From an uncultured archaeon (GTDB lineage Archaea; Iainarchaeota; Iainarchaeia; Iainarchaeales; CSSED10-239): a stretch of DNA of 26,321 nt. Under the pieces are notes generated by a model. The model searched no databases. It was not told where the DNA came from and was given only the letters and a program-made list of their open reading frames with translations. Below are positions 14,860 through 23,023 of this stretch, piece by piece (the first letter of the stretch is position 1; every line of letters begins with the position of its first letter). The position numbers were made by a program, and so were the translations under genes. The stretch covers positions 1-26,321 of the forward strand of contig CAZQEL010000013.1 of NCBI GenBank assembly GCA_964591795.1, read 5' to 3'.

Positions 14860-16209
14860 TTAGTACTCATTATTATAGCTTTCACTAATTTCTTTTTCAG
14901 AAATTTCTCCAGCTATATTTGTTTTTAAATAATTTATTACATCTTCTTTTTTTGTATATCTTCCAAGAGCAACACTCAATTTAATCTGCAAAACTTCTGG
15001 TAAAATATCATGTTTATCTAAATATTCTACCCCAGTTTTTTGAATATATCTTAAATTTGCATAAACCATATCATTAACTCTTCCATACAAACACTGAGTT
15101 GACATTAAAACAATTATTCCTTTGTCAATTGCTTTTTTCAAAAAAGGAAGCCATCTTTTATTTTCAGGCAAATTATCTTTTTCCTGCATTCCAGTTGGCA
15201 CATGACCAAGTCCAGTTCCTTCTAATATAATTCCTTTATATCCTTTTTCAATATACCAATCAATTACAGCTGGATCTGAATTTGGATAAATTTTTAAAAG
15301 ACAAACTTTTTCTTCAAAATCGTTTTTTAAAATAAGTTTATTCTCAATATTTTTAAAAGTAGAAATATCTTTTAAATATTCAATTTTTCCATTTGAATAA
15401 ACCTTACAAATAGGAATATCATTAATAGCTTTAAAAGCATCTCTTCTTGAAGAGTGCATTTTTCTTGATTTTACAGCTTTTATAACATAACAAAAATCAT
15501 CATTCATACTTCCATGCATTACAAGGTAAACACCAGAAACTTTTTCTTTTATAAAATAAGCAGCACAAATTAAATTTAGAGAACCATCAAAACTTGCTCT
15601 ATCTGGTGATCTTTGAGCTCCAACTAAAAGAACTGGTTTATTTATATTTTCAATAAAAAAAGAAAGTACGCTTCCAGTATATGATAAAGTATCAGTTCCA
15701 TGTGTTACAATAATACCATCAATTGAATCATCCTTAAGATTATTATAAATATTTTTGGATAATATTTGCCAATCTTTATAGTACATATCCTCTGATGCTT
15801 TAATAAAAGGAGATTCTGTTTTTTTAATATTCACAATATTTTCTAATTCAGGAGTAGTAGAAATTATTTCTTCAGGAGTTCTACACATAAATACTCCACC
15901 AGTATTATAATCTACATGAGTACCAATTGTTCCACCAGTACCAATATACACAATATTTGGTAAAGAAGTATTTTCTTTTAAAGAAGTAGTTGGAATTTTA
16001 CCAAATTCAATTTTATTGGATGTAATTTCAATATTTGTATTTTCATTGAGTTCTATTTCAATATTATAACCATTATCCTGTAATTTTAACTTTAAAGAAG
16101 TAGGAAATATTTCCACAAGATATCCTTTATGAATAATTTTTTTATTTTCTTTTATTATAGTAATTATTAATAATTTACCTATATCTTCTTTTGTCAATTG
16201 TTTATTCAT
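14860..16209 (-). CDS. gatD: Glu-tRNA(Gln) amidotransferase subunit D (asparaginase-like)
   Basis: 449 aa. Asparaginase motifs are GTGGTIGT and THGTDTLSYT. It has an N-terminal extra domain typical of GatD. GTGAT lies 5 nt before the ATG. Confidence 0.92.
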   Translation of the reverse strand: MNKQLTKEDIGKLLIITIIKENKKIIHKGYLVEIFPTSLKLKLQDNGYNIEIELNENTNIEITSNKIEFGKIPTTSLKENTSLPNIVYIGTGGTIGTHVDYNTGGVFMCRTPEEIISTTPELENIVNIKKTESPFIKASEDMYYKDWQILSKNIYNNLKDDSIDGIIVTHGTDTLSYTGSVLSFFIENINKPVLLVGAQRSPDRASFDGSLNLICAAYFIKEKVSGVYLVMHGSMNDDFCYVIKAVKSRKMHSSRRDAFKAINDIPICKVYSNGKIEYLKDISTFKNIENKLILKNDFEEKVCLLKIYPNSDPAVIDWYIEKGYKGIILEGTGLGHVPTGMQEKDNLPENKRWLPFLKKAIDKGIIVLMSTQCLYGRVNDMVYANLRYIQKTGVEYLDKHDILPEVLQIKLSVALGRYTKKEDVINYLKTNIAGEISEKEISESYNNEY

Positions 16210-16307
16210 TTAAATCACATATATAATATACAAACAAAAGAAATATAAGCCTTGTTTTATGTGTTATGTTATTAAAATAAAACAAAATTATATTCACAAT
16301 AAATAAA

Positions 16308-16853
16308 TTACTTATGAAGTTTAATTTCTTTTTTACCTAAAACAAAATTATGCACAGTATACATTAAAATAAAAATAAAACCAGATGAAATTAATTTTGC
16401 AAAAAGATAATACATATGAAACACTTCAACTAATAAACCCATTAAAAAAAGACTAAATAATAAACCAAATAATGAAACTATAAAATAATTAATCATAGAA
16501 CTTATAAAATCTAATGTATTAAGTGGTTTATATTTAAAAGTAAAATTTAAATTAAGTAAAAAATTATTTGTCAAAGCAATTAAATATGAAAAAAGAGCAG
16601 ATAATAAATAATAAATATGAAATATCTCTGTAAATAACATTAAAATAGAAAAATCAATTATTTCCCCAGAAATACCAATTACTGAATATTTTAATGTTTT
16701 TTTATTTCTATAAAATAATCCAAAATCAAGTAACCAATAATACACCTTATAAATAAAAGAAGTTCTTCTATAAACTAATAAACTATTAAATAAATTAGGT
16801 TTACTGTACTTAAAATCAACTAACTTTGTTTGTTTCATAAAAAAATGACTCAT
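16308..16853 (-). CDS. GtrA-like small integral membrane protein
   Basis: 181 aa with 4 TM helices. The block GEIIDFSILMLFTEIFHIYYLLSALFSYLIALTNNFLLNLNFTFK resembles the GtrA-family pattern, in which a conserved N-F-x-x-N-x-x-(W/F)-(T/V)-F follows TM2. Confidence 0.5.
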   Translation of the reverse strand: MSHFFMKQTKLVDFKYSKPNLFNSLLVYRRTSFIYKVYYWLLDFGLFYRNKKTLKYSVIGISGEIIDFSILMLFTEIFHIYYLLSALFSYLIALTNNFLLNLNFTFKYKPLNTLDFISSMINYFIVSLFGLLFSLFLMGLLVEVFHMYYLFAKLISSGFIFILMYTVHNFVLGKKEIKLHK

Positions 16854-16937
16854 TATTAATTAAAAAAATATTTTCAATAGTTTATTTAATAATATAATAT
16901 ATAAGTGTTTAAATAATTAACTATACATTTACTATTT

Positions 16938-18326
16938 ATGGATAAAAATATAATACCTATCTTACATAATATTAAAAAATATTTAAAATCAAAAAAACTG
17001 GATTATTTTGAAATTAGATTTGAAAAACACAACTCTAGATTACTAATAATAGAAAATAAAAATACTAAAGATCTTTCTGAAAAAAATAGCCAAGGAATAG
17101 GTATAAGAATATTAATTAACAAAAAAATTGGATTTTTATCTTTAAACAATCTATCTAACTATAAACTAAAAATTGATAAATTAATAGAAAACACACTAAA
17201 AGTAAATACAAAAACAGAAATGGATAATTTTTCAAAAATAAAAGATAAGGATTTTGTTAAATATAAAAATTTTGAAAAAGTTGAAAATAAAAATAAAATT
17301 AAAGAACTATTAGAACTTAATAAACCATATTTAAAAAAAGAAATTAAAAATAATAAAATACTTAGTTCAGAAATTATTCAAAAAGAAATAATTATGGAAA
17401 AGTATTTTTTAACAAAAGATGCTGAAATCCATCAAAAAAGACCTTATAATATTTTTTATTCTTTAATGACTGGTAAACTAAATAATCAAATAGAAACTAG
17501 TTTTTCAAAAATTGGTAATTTAGGTGGTCTTGAAATATTAAATAAAGAAAATAAAGCAAACACTCTTTTAAAAAATAAAAATACTTTAATAGAATTACTA
17601 GAATCAAAACCATGTCCTGCAATATCATCTGACATTATATTAGATCCATCAGTAACTGGTCTTTTAGCACATGAAGCTATTGGACATGCTTGCGAAGGAG
17701 ACATAATAATTGATAATTTATCAATATTAAAAAAAGATCTTAAAATTTCAGATAATTTAAAAGTTTCAGTTACAGATAACCCTGAACTTAAAAATTTTGG
17801 ATATTTAAAATATGATGATGAAGGAATTAAAGCAAAAAAAACAAGTTTAATAAAAAAAGGAATTGTTAATAATTTTATGACAAACCTAAATTCTGCAACA
17901 AAACTTAAAATTAAACCTAATGGTTCTGCAAGAAGTGAAAATTACTATAACAGTCCAATTGTAAGAATGAGTAACACTTATTTTGAAACCGGAAAATATA
18001 AAATTGAAGATATGCTTAAAAATTTCACAGGTTATCTTTTAAAAGAACCAGCAGGCGGACAAGTAAGCCCTAATGTTGGGACATTCATGTTTGGTATTAA
18101 ACAAGCATACAAATATAAAAATGGAAAAATTATTGATAAATATAAACAAGCATCAATAGCAGGAAATATTTTAACCTATCTTAACCAAATTACAGAAATT
18201 TCTAAAAAACAAGGAGATATAGAGTTCGGATTTTGTGGTAAAGGTGGACAAACTGCATTTGTTGGAGATGCTGGGCCCCATATTAAAATAAAGAATGCTA
18301 AAATTGGTGGAACTAAACATGAATAA
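16938..18326 (+). CDS. tldD: TldD-type zinc metalloprotease
   Basis: 462 aa. It has the HEAIGHACEGD (HExxxH) motif and the C-terminal FCGKGGQ / GDAGPH blocks typical of TldD. Confidence 0.88.
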   Translation: MDKNIIPILHNIKKYLKSKKLDYFEIRFEKHNSRLLIIENKNTKDLSEKNSQGIGIRILINKKIGFLSLNNLSNYKLKIDKLIENTLKVNTKTEMDNFSKIKDKDFVKYKNFEKVENKNKIKELLELNKPYLKKEIKNNKILSSEIIQKEIIMEKYFLTKDAEIHQKRPYNIFYSLMTGKLNNQIETSFSKIGNLGGLEILNKENKANTLLKNKNTLIELLESKPCPAISSDIILDPSVTGLLAHEAIGHACEGDIIIDNLSILKKDLKISDNLKVSVTDNPELKNFGYLKYDDEGIKAKKTSLIKKGIVNNFMTNLNSATKLKIKPNGSARSENYYNSPIVRMSNTYFETGKYKIEDMLKNFTGYLLKEPAGGQVSPNVGTFMFGIKQAYKYKNGKIIDKYKQASIAGNILTYLNQITEISKKQGDIEFGFCGKGGQTAFVGDAGPHIKIKNAKIGGTKHE

Positions 18327-19608
18327 AAAAGAAATTTATAATTATTGTAAAACATTAGTTAAAAAAGAAAATGCAGAATTTATATATGCACAGTCAGAAG
18401 AAGAAATTGCTGAAATTAATAAATATTCCATTGAAAATTATAAATTAAAAATTGCAGACAAACTATTTATAAGAGTAATTGAAAAAAATAGTATTGGTTC
18501 TTTTAGCATTCAAGATATTACAAAAGAAAATATATTAAATGGAATTAAAAAAGCTAAAGAAATTGCTAAATTAAAAAAATCAGAAGTTAAATTTAAAGAG
18601 TTTGGTAAAAACAAAGCAAAAAATAAAATAAAATTTGATTCCAAAATTAATAATATTAATTTTTCAGAATTATTAGAAGATATAAAAAAAAACCTAATAA
18701 AAGAAAAATACATTACTGGTTATCTTGGAAGCATTAGTAAAAATAATTCAGATTATTTTTATATTAATCCATATACTGAAAAAGAAAACCAAGCATATAG
18801 TTTATATCAAACAACTACAATTTTAACTAAAAATAAAAAAAAATCATCAGGTGATTTTTCAAGTATTTATACAAAATTAAATGATATAAATATAAACGAA
18901 AATTTTTTACAAGCAAAAATAAATGCAAATATTCTTATGGATCCAGAAAATGGAACAGCTGGAGAATACACTTTAATTTTAACTCCAGAAATTACAAGAG
19001 AATTGATGGGATTTATTATTTCTGGAACAACAGGTGACCTTATACAAAAAAAAGAATCGTTCTTACACAAAGATATGGGTAAACAAATTTTTTCAAAAAA
19101 CATATCTATTTTAGAAAAACCCCATATTGATTATTTTTTAGGTTCAAGAATTATTGATGATGAAGGATTTAAAACTTCTGAAAAAGAAATAATTAAAAAA
19201 GGAATTTTTAAAAAACCAATATATGATTTATATACATCAATAAAATATAAAACAAAGCCTACAGGAAATGGATTTTTAAACAATAATTATAATCCTGCAT
19301 ACACTAATAAAATACAGCTTGCAGGTACAAAAAAAATTAATGATATAATATCTAAAGTTAAAAAAGGAGTAGTAGTATATCAAATTTTAGGCTTTAACAC
19401 AAATAAACTTACAACCGGAGATTTTTCCTTAACTATTTCATCTGGAAAGACCATAGTAAATGGTAATTTAAATACAAGTATTACTAACATAAATATTACT
19501 GGAAACTTTAAGGATTTATTAAAAGACGCTTATTTTTCAAAAGAACAAAAATTCTTCGGAAACTCATTATACAGTTTTACAATAATTCCAAAAGTGAAAT
19601 TATTATAA
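18319..19608 (+). CDS. pmbA: TldE/PmbA, the non-catalytic partner of TldD
   Basis: It belongs to the same fold family as TldD but lacks HExxxH. It lies directly downstream and overlaps the tldD stop by 8 nt. GGTGGA sits 8 nt before the ATG at 18319. The track ORF starts earlier, at an ATG at 18295 with no SD. Confidence 0.8.
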   Translation: MNKKEIYNYCKTLVKKENAEFIYAQSEEEIAEINKYSIENYKLKIADKLFIRVIEKNSIGSFSIQDITKENILNGIKKAKEIAKLKKSEVKFKEFGKNKAKNKIKFDSKINNINFSELLEDIKKNLIKEKYITGYLGSISKNNSDYFYINPYTEKENQAYSLYQTTTILTKNKKKSSGDFSSIYTKLNDININENFLQAKINANILMDPENGTAGEYTLILTPEITRELMGFIISGTTGDLIQKKESFLHKDMGKQIFSKNISILEKPHIDYFLGSRIIDDEGFKTSEKEIIKKGIFKKPIYDLYTSIKYKTKPTGNGFLNNNYNPAYTNKIQLAGTKKINDIISKVKKGVVVYQILGFNTNKLTTGDFSLTISSGKTIVNGNLNTSITNINITGNFKDLLKDAYFSKEQKFFGNSLYSFTIIPKVKLL

Positions 19609-19609
19609 T

Positions 19610-21010
19610 TTATCTTGAAAAAAAATCATAAAATTTATTGATTTTATTTACAAACTTATCTCCAAGTCCAGAAGTCTTATCTTTACCAAAAATAACTTTT
19701 TTATCTTTAAATTTTTGCAAAACATCCTCAATTATTTCATAAGGATAACCATAATACACAAGTGTAGAAAAAACATCATTTTGAGAAGTTTTTTCAACAT
19801 AGGGTAAAAATAAATGATATAAATAACTTATAAGTTTGGCATATTCGTCACTTTTTTTATCCAAAAGTTCTTTAATTTCAGAAATGTCTGCTTCTTTGAT
19901 TTTTTCAATACCTTTAAATTTATCTAAAATAATTGATTCTTTTTTTAACTTTTTAACTTGTTTAGATACATTTAAAGTAGACATATTTTCTAATTTTTTC
20001 TGTCTTTCTGAAATATCAGAAACTTCTTTTTGAAGACTAGATACTTGATTATAAATTTGGTTAATTTGCTTAAAACTATCATGTATTTTTGACAAAGTTA
20101 ATTTTATTGCAGAATCAGACTTAGAACTAAGAACAATATTATTATTTATATTTTCATTAGAATTAATTTCTTGTTGAGAAGAATTAATAAAATTATCAAT
20201 AGTTTTATCATTAATATCATATTTACTAAAAAAATTCTTAATTGCTTCTTTTCCAATATTTTGATTTAATAGAAATTTTGTTGCTTTTTTAACATCATCT
20301 AAAAGTTTCTTTTGTTTTAAATCATAGTTTTTTATTTCATATTGTTTTTCTACAATAGCCTTGTGAGTTTCTAAAACTTTTTTTTTATTAATATTTATTA
20401 AATTTAAGTAAAATGAATCTGGCATTCTTGTAATTAAATGACCCTCTAACACAAATAAAATAAAAACAATTAAGCTAGAAATAATAAGAATATAATTATT
20501 AATACTTACAAAAACAGAAAGATTAGAAACCACAAAATATAAAATTACAGATAAAAATAAACCTAATACTATTGAAAATGTTTTAAGTCTTTTTAATTGT
20601 TTAATATTTAAAACAATTTTATTTGCATGTTCTTTTGTAATGCCTACATTTGTCATCAAATAATTTATTGATTCTTCAGAATAATTACTACTACTTAAAA
20701 CAAAAATACCCTGTTTTAATTTGCTTACAAGTACACCTATATCTTCTTCTTTTTTTTTAATTTCAACTTCACTTAAAACTTGTTTTAAATTAGAATTTCT
20801 AATTTTAGCATACCAAAAAATTGGATATTTAGATAAGATTTGACCAATAAAAAAAAAAAAAATTAATGAAATTAAAATTATAATATAAGGTAAAAAAGCA
20901 CTTTCTCGAATATAATTTAAAGAATCAAGTGTATTTATTAAATAATAAACAATTCCTGTAAATATTAGGCCAAAAACCCATGTGAAAATTTTTATTATAT
21001 TTTCATTCAT
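19610..21010 (-). CDS. hypothetical membrane protein with 2+2 TM helices, a long coiled-coil region and a conserved C-terminal domain (paralogue B)
   Basis: 466-aa ORF with an ATG start and the same architecture as 6097-7467. Matching blocks (B/A) are MPDSFYLNLININKKKVLE / LPASFYLNILNINQKQLLE, GITKEHANKIVLNIKQLKRLKTFSIVLGLFLSVILYFVVSNLSVF / GFSKEFAIKVYSILKEITRTKFLITVAGFLVGIIVYVLFTNLSFF, and LYHLFLPYV...YYGYPYEIIEDVLQKFKDKKVIF / LYNTFLPSV...SKGYSYEIVTDLLDKFKQNKVVF. Confidence 0.8.
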   Translation of the reverse strand: MNENIIKIFTWVFGLIFTGIVYYLINTLDSLNYIRESAFLPYIIILISLIFFFFIGQILSKYPIFWYAKIRNSNLKQVLSEVEIKKKEEDIGVLVSKLKQGIFVLSSSNYSEESINYLMTNVGITKEHANKIVLNIKQLKRLKTFSIVLGLFLSVILYFVVSNLSVFVSINNYILIISSLIVFILFVLEGHLITRMPDSFYLNLININKKKVLETHKAIVEKQYEIKNYDLKQKKLLDDVKKATKFLLNQNIGKEAIKNFFSKYDINDKTIDNFINSSQQEINSNENINNNIVLSSKSDSAIKLTLSKIHDSFKQINQIYNQVSSLQKEVSDISERQKKLENMSTLNVSKQVKKLKKESIILDKFKGIEKIKEADISEIKELLDKKSDEYAKLISYLYHLFLPYVEKTSQNDVFSTLVYYGYPYEIIEDVLQKFKDKKVIFGKDKTSGLGDKFVNKINKFYDFFSR

Positions 21011-21045
21011 TTTTAATCATTTGAAAATTAATCTTACATTAAATA

Positions 21046-21090
21046 ATATTTATAGATATGATATTTATAAATATAATATTTATATATATA
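21046..21090. repeat. three tandem 15-bp repeats (ATATTTATARATATR) in the divergent intergenic region
   Basis: The units are 21046-21060 atatttatagatatg, 21061-21075 atatttataaatata and 21076-21090 atatttatatatata. Neighbouring units share 13-14 of 15 positions, and each contains a TTTATA core. Confidence 0.6.
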
Positions 21091-21132
21091 ACATAGAATC
21101 ATTTATAAACATTATTTTTAAAATTTATAAAT

Positions 21133-21767
21133 ATGAATATTGAAAACATATACAAAATACTAAAGATTACTTTAAAAAAATATAAAATTCCACTAACTGA
21201 ACAAAAAAATATAAAAACAAAAGAATCATTTTTCGTGCTAATTGGAGTAATTTTATCTGCAAGAACTAAAGATATTGTAACTGCAAACGTTTGTGATAAT
21301 TTATTTAAAGAAATATCAAATATTAATGATCTTAAAAAAATAAAAATAACTAAATTAGAAAAATTATTATATCCTGTAGGTTTTTACAAAACTAAGGCAA
21401 AAAATATTAAACAATTAAGCTTAACTTTAGAAAAACAATTTAATAATAAAGTACCATCCACTTTAGAGGAATTACTAATGTTACCAGGAGTAGGACGAAA
21501 GACTGCAAATTTAGTTTTATCAATGTCCTTTAATAAACCTGCTATTTGTGTTGACACTCATGTACACAGAATAATGAACAGAATTGGATTTATAGATACA
21601 AAAAATCCTTTACAAACAGAACTTATTTTAAGAACAAAATTACAAAAAAATTATGGAGTGACACAAATTATTTATTTGTAATCTTAGGGCAAAATATTTG
21701 TAAGCCAATTAATCCAATTTGTAATAAATGTCCTATAGAAAAATATTGTAAGAAAAAAATTAAATAA
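21133..21767 (+). pseudogene. nth: endonuclease III (Nth, HhH-GPD DNA glycosylase/AP lyase) with its reading frame broken once at an A7 run
   Basis: Frame 1 (21133-21681) encodes the HhH-GPD core, including LPGVGRKTANLVL and CVDTHVHRIMNR, then runs into a stop. Another frame from 21651 reads LWSDTNYLFVILGQNICKPINPICNKCPIEKYCKKKIK*. This is the canonical EndoIII C-x6-C-x2-C-x5-C [4Fe-4S] loop and ends at 21767. One extra A in the 21644-21650 run would fuse the two into a protein of about 211 aa. Confidence 0.85.
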
Positions 21768-22245
21768 ATTTTTTATAGTTTTTAATAAAATAGGGAATAC
21801 TTTTTTTTATATATTTTAAAATTTGCACATCATATAAAGTTCCTTTAAATCCTTTATAGTCTTTTAAAATATCATTATTGTCATAAACTGGATAATTCAC
21901 ACCATAACAAATCTTATTAAAAAGAAATGAATTAACACTAAATTTATCTTTTAAATATTTTTTATGATTATAACCCATGGACACAATTAAATCGTAAGAC
22001 TTTAAATCAAGAAAACCTACATTTTTAGGCTGATGATCACTAACATCTAAACCACCTTTTTTTAATTCATCTTTTACTTCTTTTCTAATAATTTGATTTT
22101 CATTTAAATTTACACTAATACCTGCTGAATCTACAGAAACATTATTTATTTTATTTAATTTACAAAAATAAATTAGATAATATTTTACAGACATACTTCT
22201 AAAAACATTTCCACTACAAACAAATAATATCTTTTTAATTGTCAT
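21760..22245 (-). CDS. low-molecular-weight protein-tyrosine phosphatase / ArsC-like phosphatase
   Basis: 161 aa. The N-terminal ILFVCSGNVFRS carries the C-x5-R-(S/T) P-loop at the canonical position. The length is typical of LMW-PTPs. Confidence 0.8.
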   Translation of the reverse strand: MTIKKILFVCSGNVFRSMSVKYYLIYFCKLNKINNVSVDSAGISVNLNENQIIRKEVKDELKKGGLDVSDHQPKNVGFLDLKSYDLIVSMGYNHKKYLKDKFSVNSFLFNKICYGVNYPVYDNNDILKDYKGFKGTLYDVQILKYIKKSIPYFIKNYKKFI

Positions 22246-22309
22246 ATATTCTCTTAATTATATTGATTTTAAAAAACTAATATGTATTTATTATAAAGCC
22301 AAAAAATCA

Positions 22310-23023
22310 CTACTTGTTACAATTAATATCTGTTATAAATTCAGAATCATTATCTAAATTATAATATACTTTCCCATTATAATAAATACTAGGAGCCGCA
22401 GTTATATTATAATCAATTATTAATTGATTAAGAATAGGAATATGAGATACATATGGAAGAGCAATAGAATTAAAATTACAATTGCTTGAAAGTCTACTTA
22501 ATTTCTCTGCAAAAACAACTGTTACTGCGTCAGACTTTGCTTTTTCAATATTAAATTCTTTAAATTCAGGATAGAAATATAAAACACTTTTTTTATCAAA
22601 TATTCCACATTCTTTTTCAATGGTATTATAATGGAACCATAATTTAATATTTGTTAATATAAATAATAATTTTGTTTTATCATCAGACTCAACAATTGCA
22701 TTTTTATTAATTTGTTTAAGTCTTAAATAAAGTTCATTATTAACTTGAAGATATGATTCTAATTGATTAACTAAAACATCACATTTATTTGCACTACCTT
22801 CAAGAAGATATGACTTATATAAATCATCAAGAATAATTTGTTGTTGTAAAATATTATAATCATCTTCAATTACTTTACGTTTATAACTATCAAAATAAGT
22901 GATTGCAGAAAAAACAATTATAAATAAAATTAAAAGTATTAAAAATACACTTAAAAATATATTTTTATTAAACTTATATCGCTCTTTTGTAAATTCTACT
23001 ATTACTTTTTTTTTATTTACCAT
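22310..23023 (-). CDS. hypothetical membrane-anchored protein (single N-terminal TM helix, Cys-containing extracytoplasmic domain)
   Basis: The ORF extends to an ATG at 23068 (252 aa). The ATG at 23023 (MVNKKKVIVEF, 237 aa) has AGTGAT 5 nt upstream and is my preferred start. Either start overlaps the 3' end of the glycosyltransferase gene. The TM segment is IFLSVFLILLILFIIVFSAITYF. Confidence 0.6.
   Translation of the reverse strand: MVNKKKVIVEFTKERYKFNKNIFLSVFLILLILFIIVFSAITYFDSYKRKVIEDDYNILQQQIILDDLYKSYLLEGSANKCDVLVNQLESYLQVNNELYLRLKQINKNAIVESDDKTKLLFILTNIKLWFHYNTIEKECGIFDKKSVLYFYPEFKEFNIEKAKSDAVTVVFAEKLSRLSSNCNFNSIALPYVSHIPILNQLIIDYNITAAPSIYYNGKVYYNLDNDSEFITDINCNK

Noticed and set aside
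17486-20033. Antisense ORFs 17486-17704, 18510-18713 and 18867-19103 (inside tldD/pmbA) and 19836-20033 (inside paralogue B)
   Set aside because: They are embedded in better-supported genes on the opposite strand, are short, and have no motifs.
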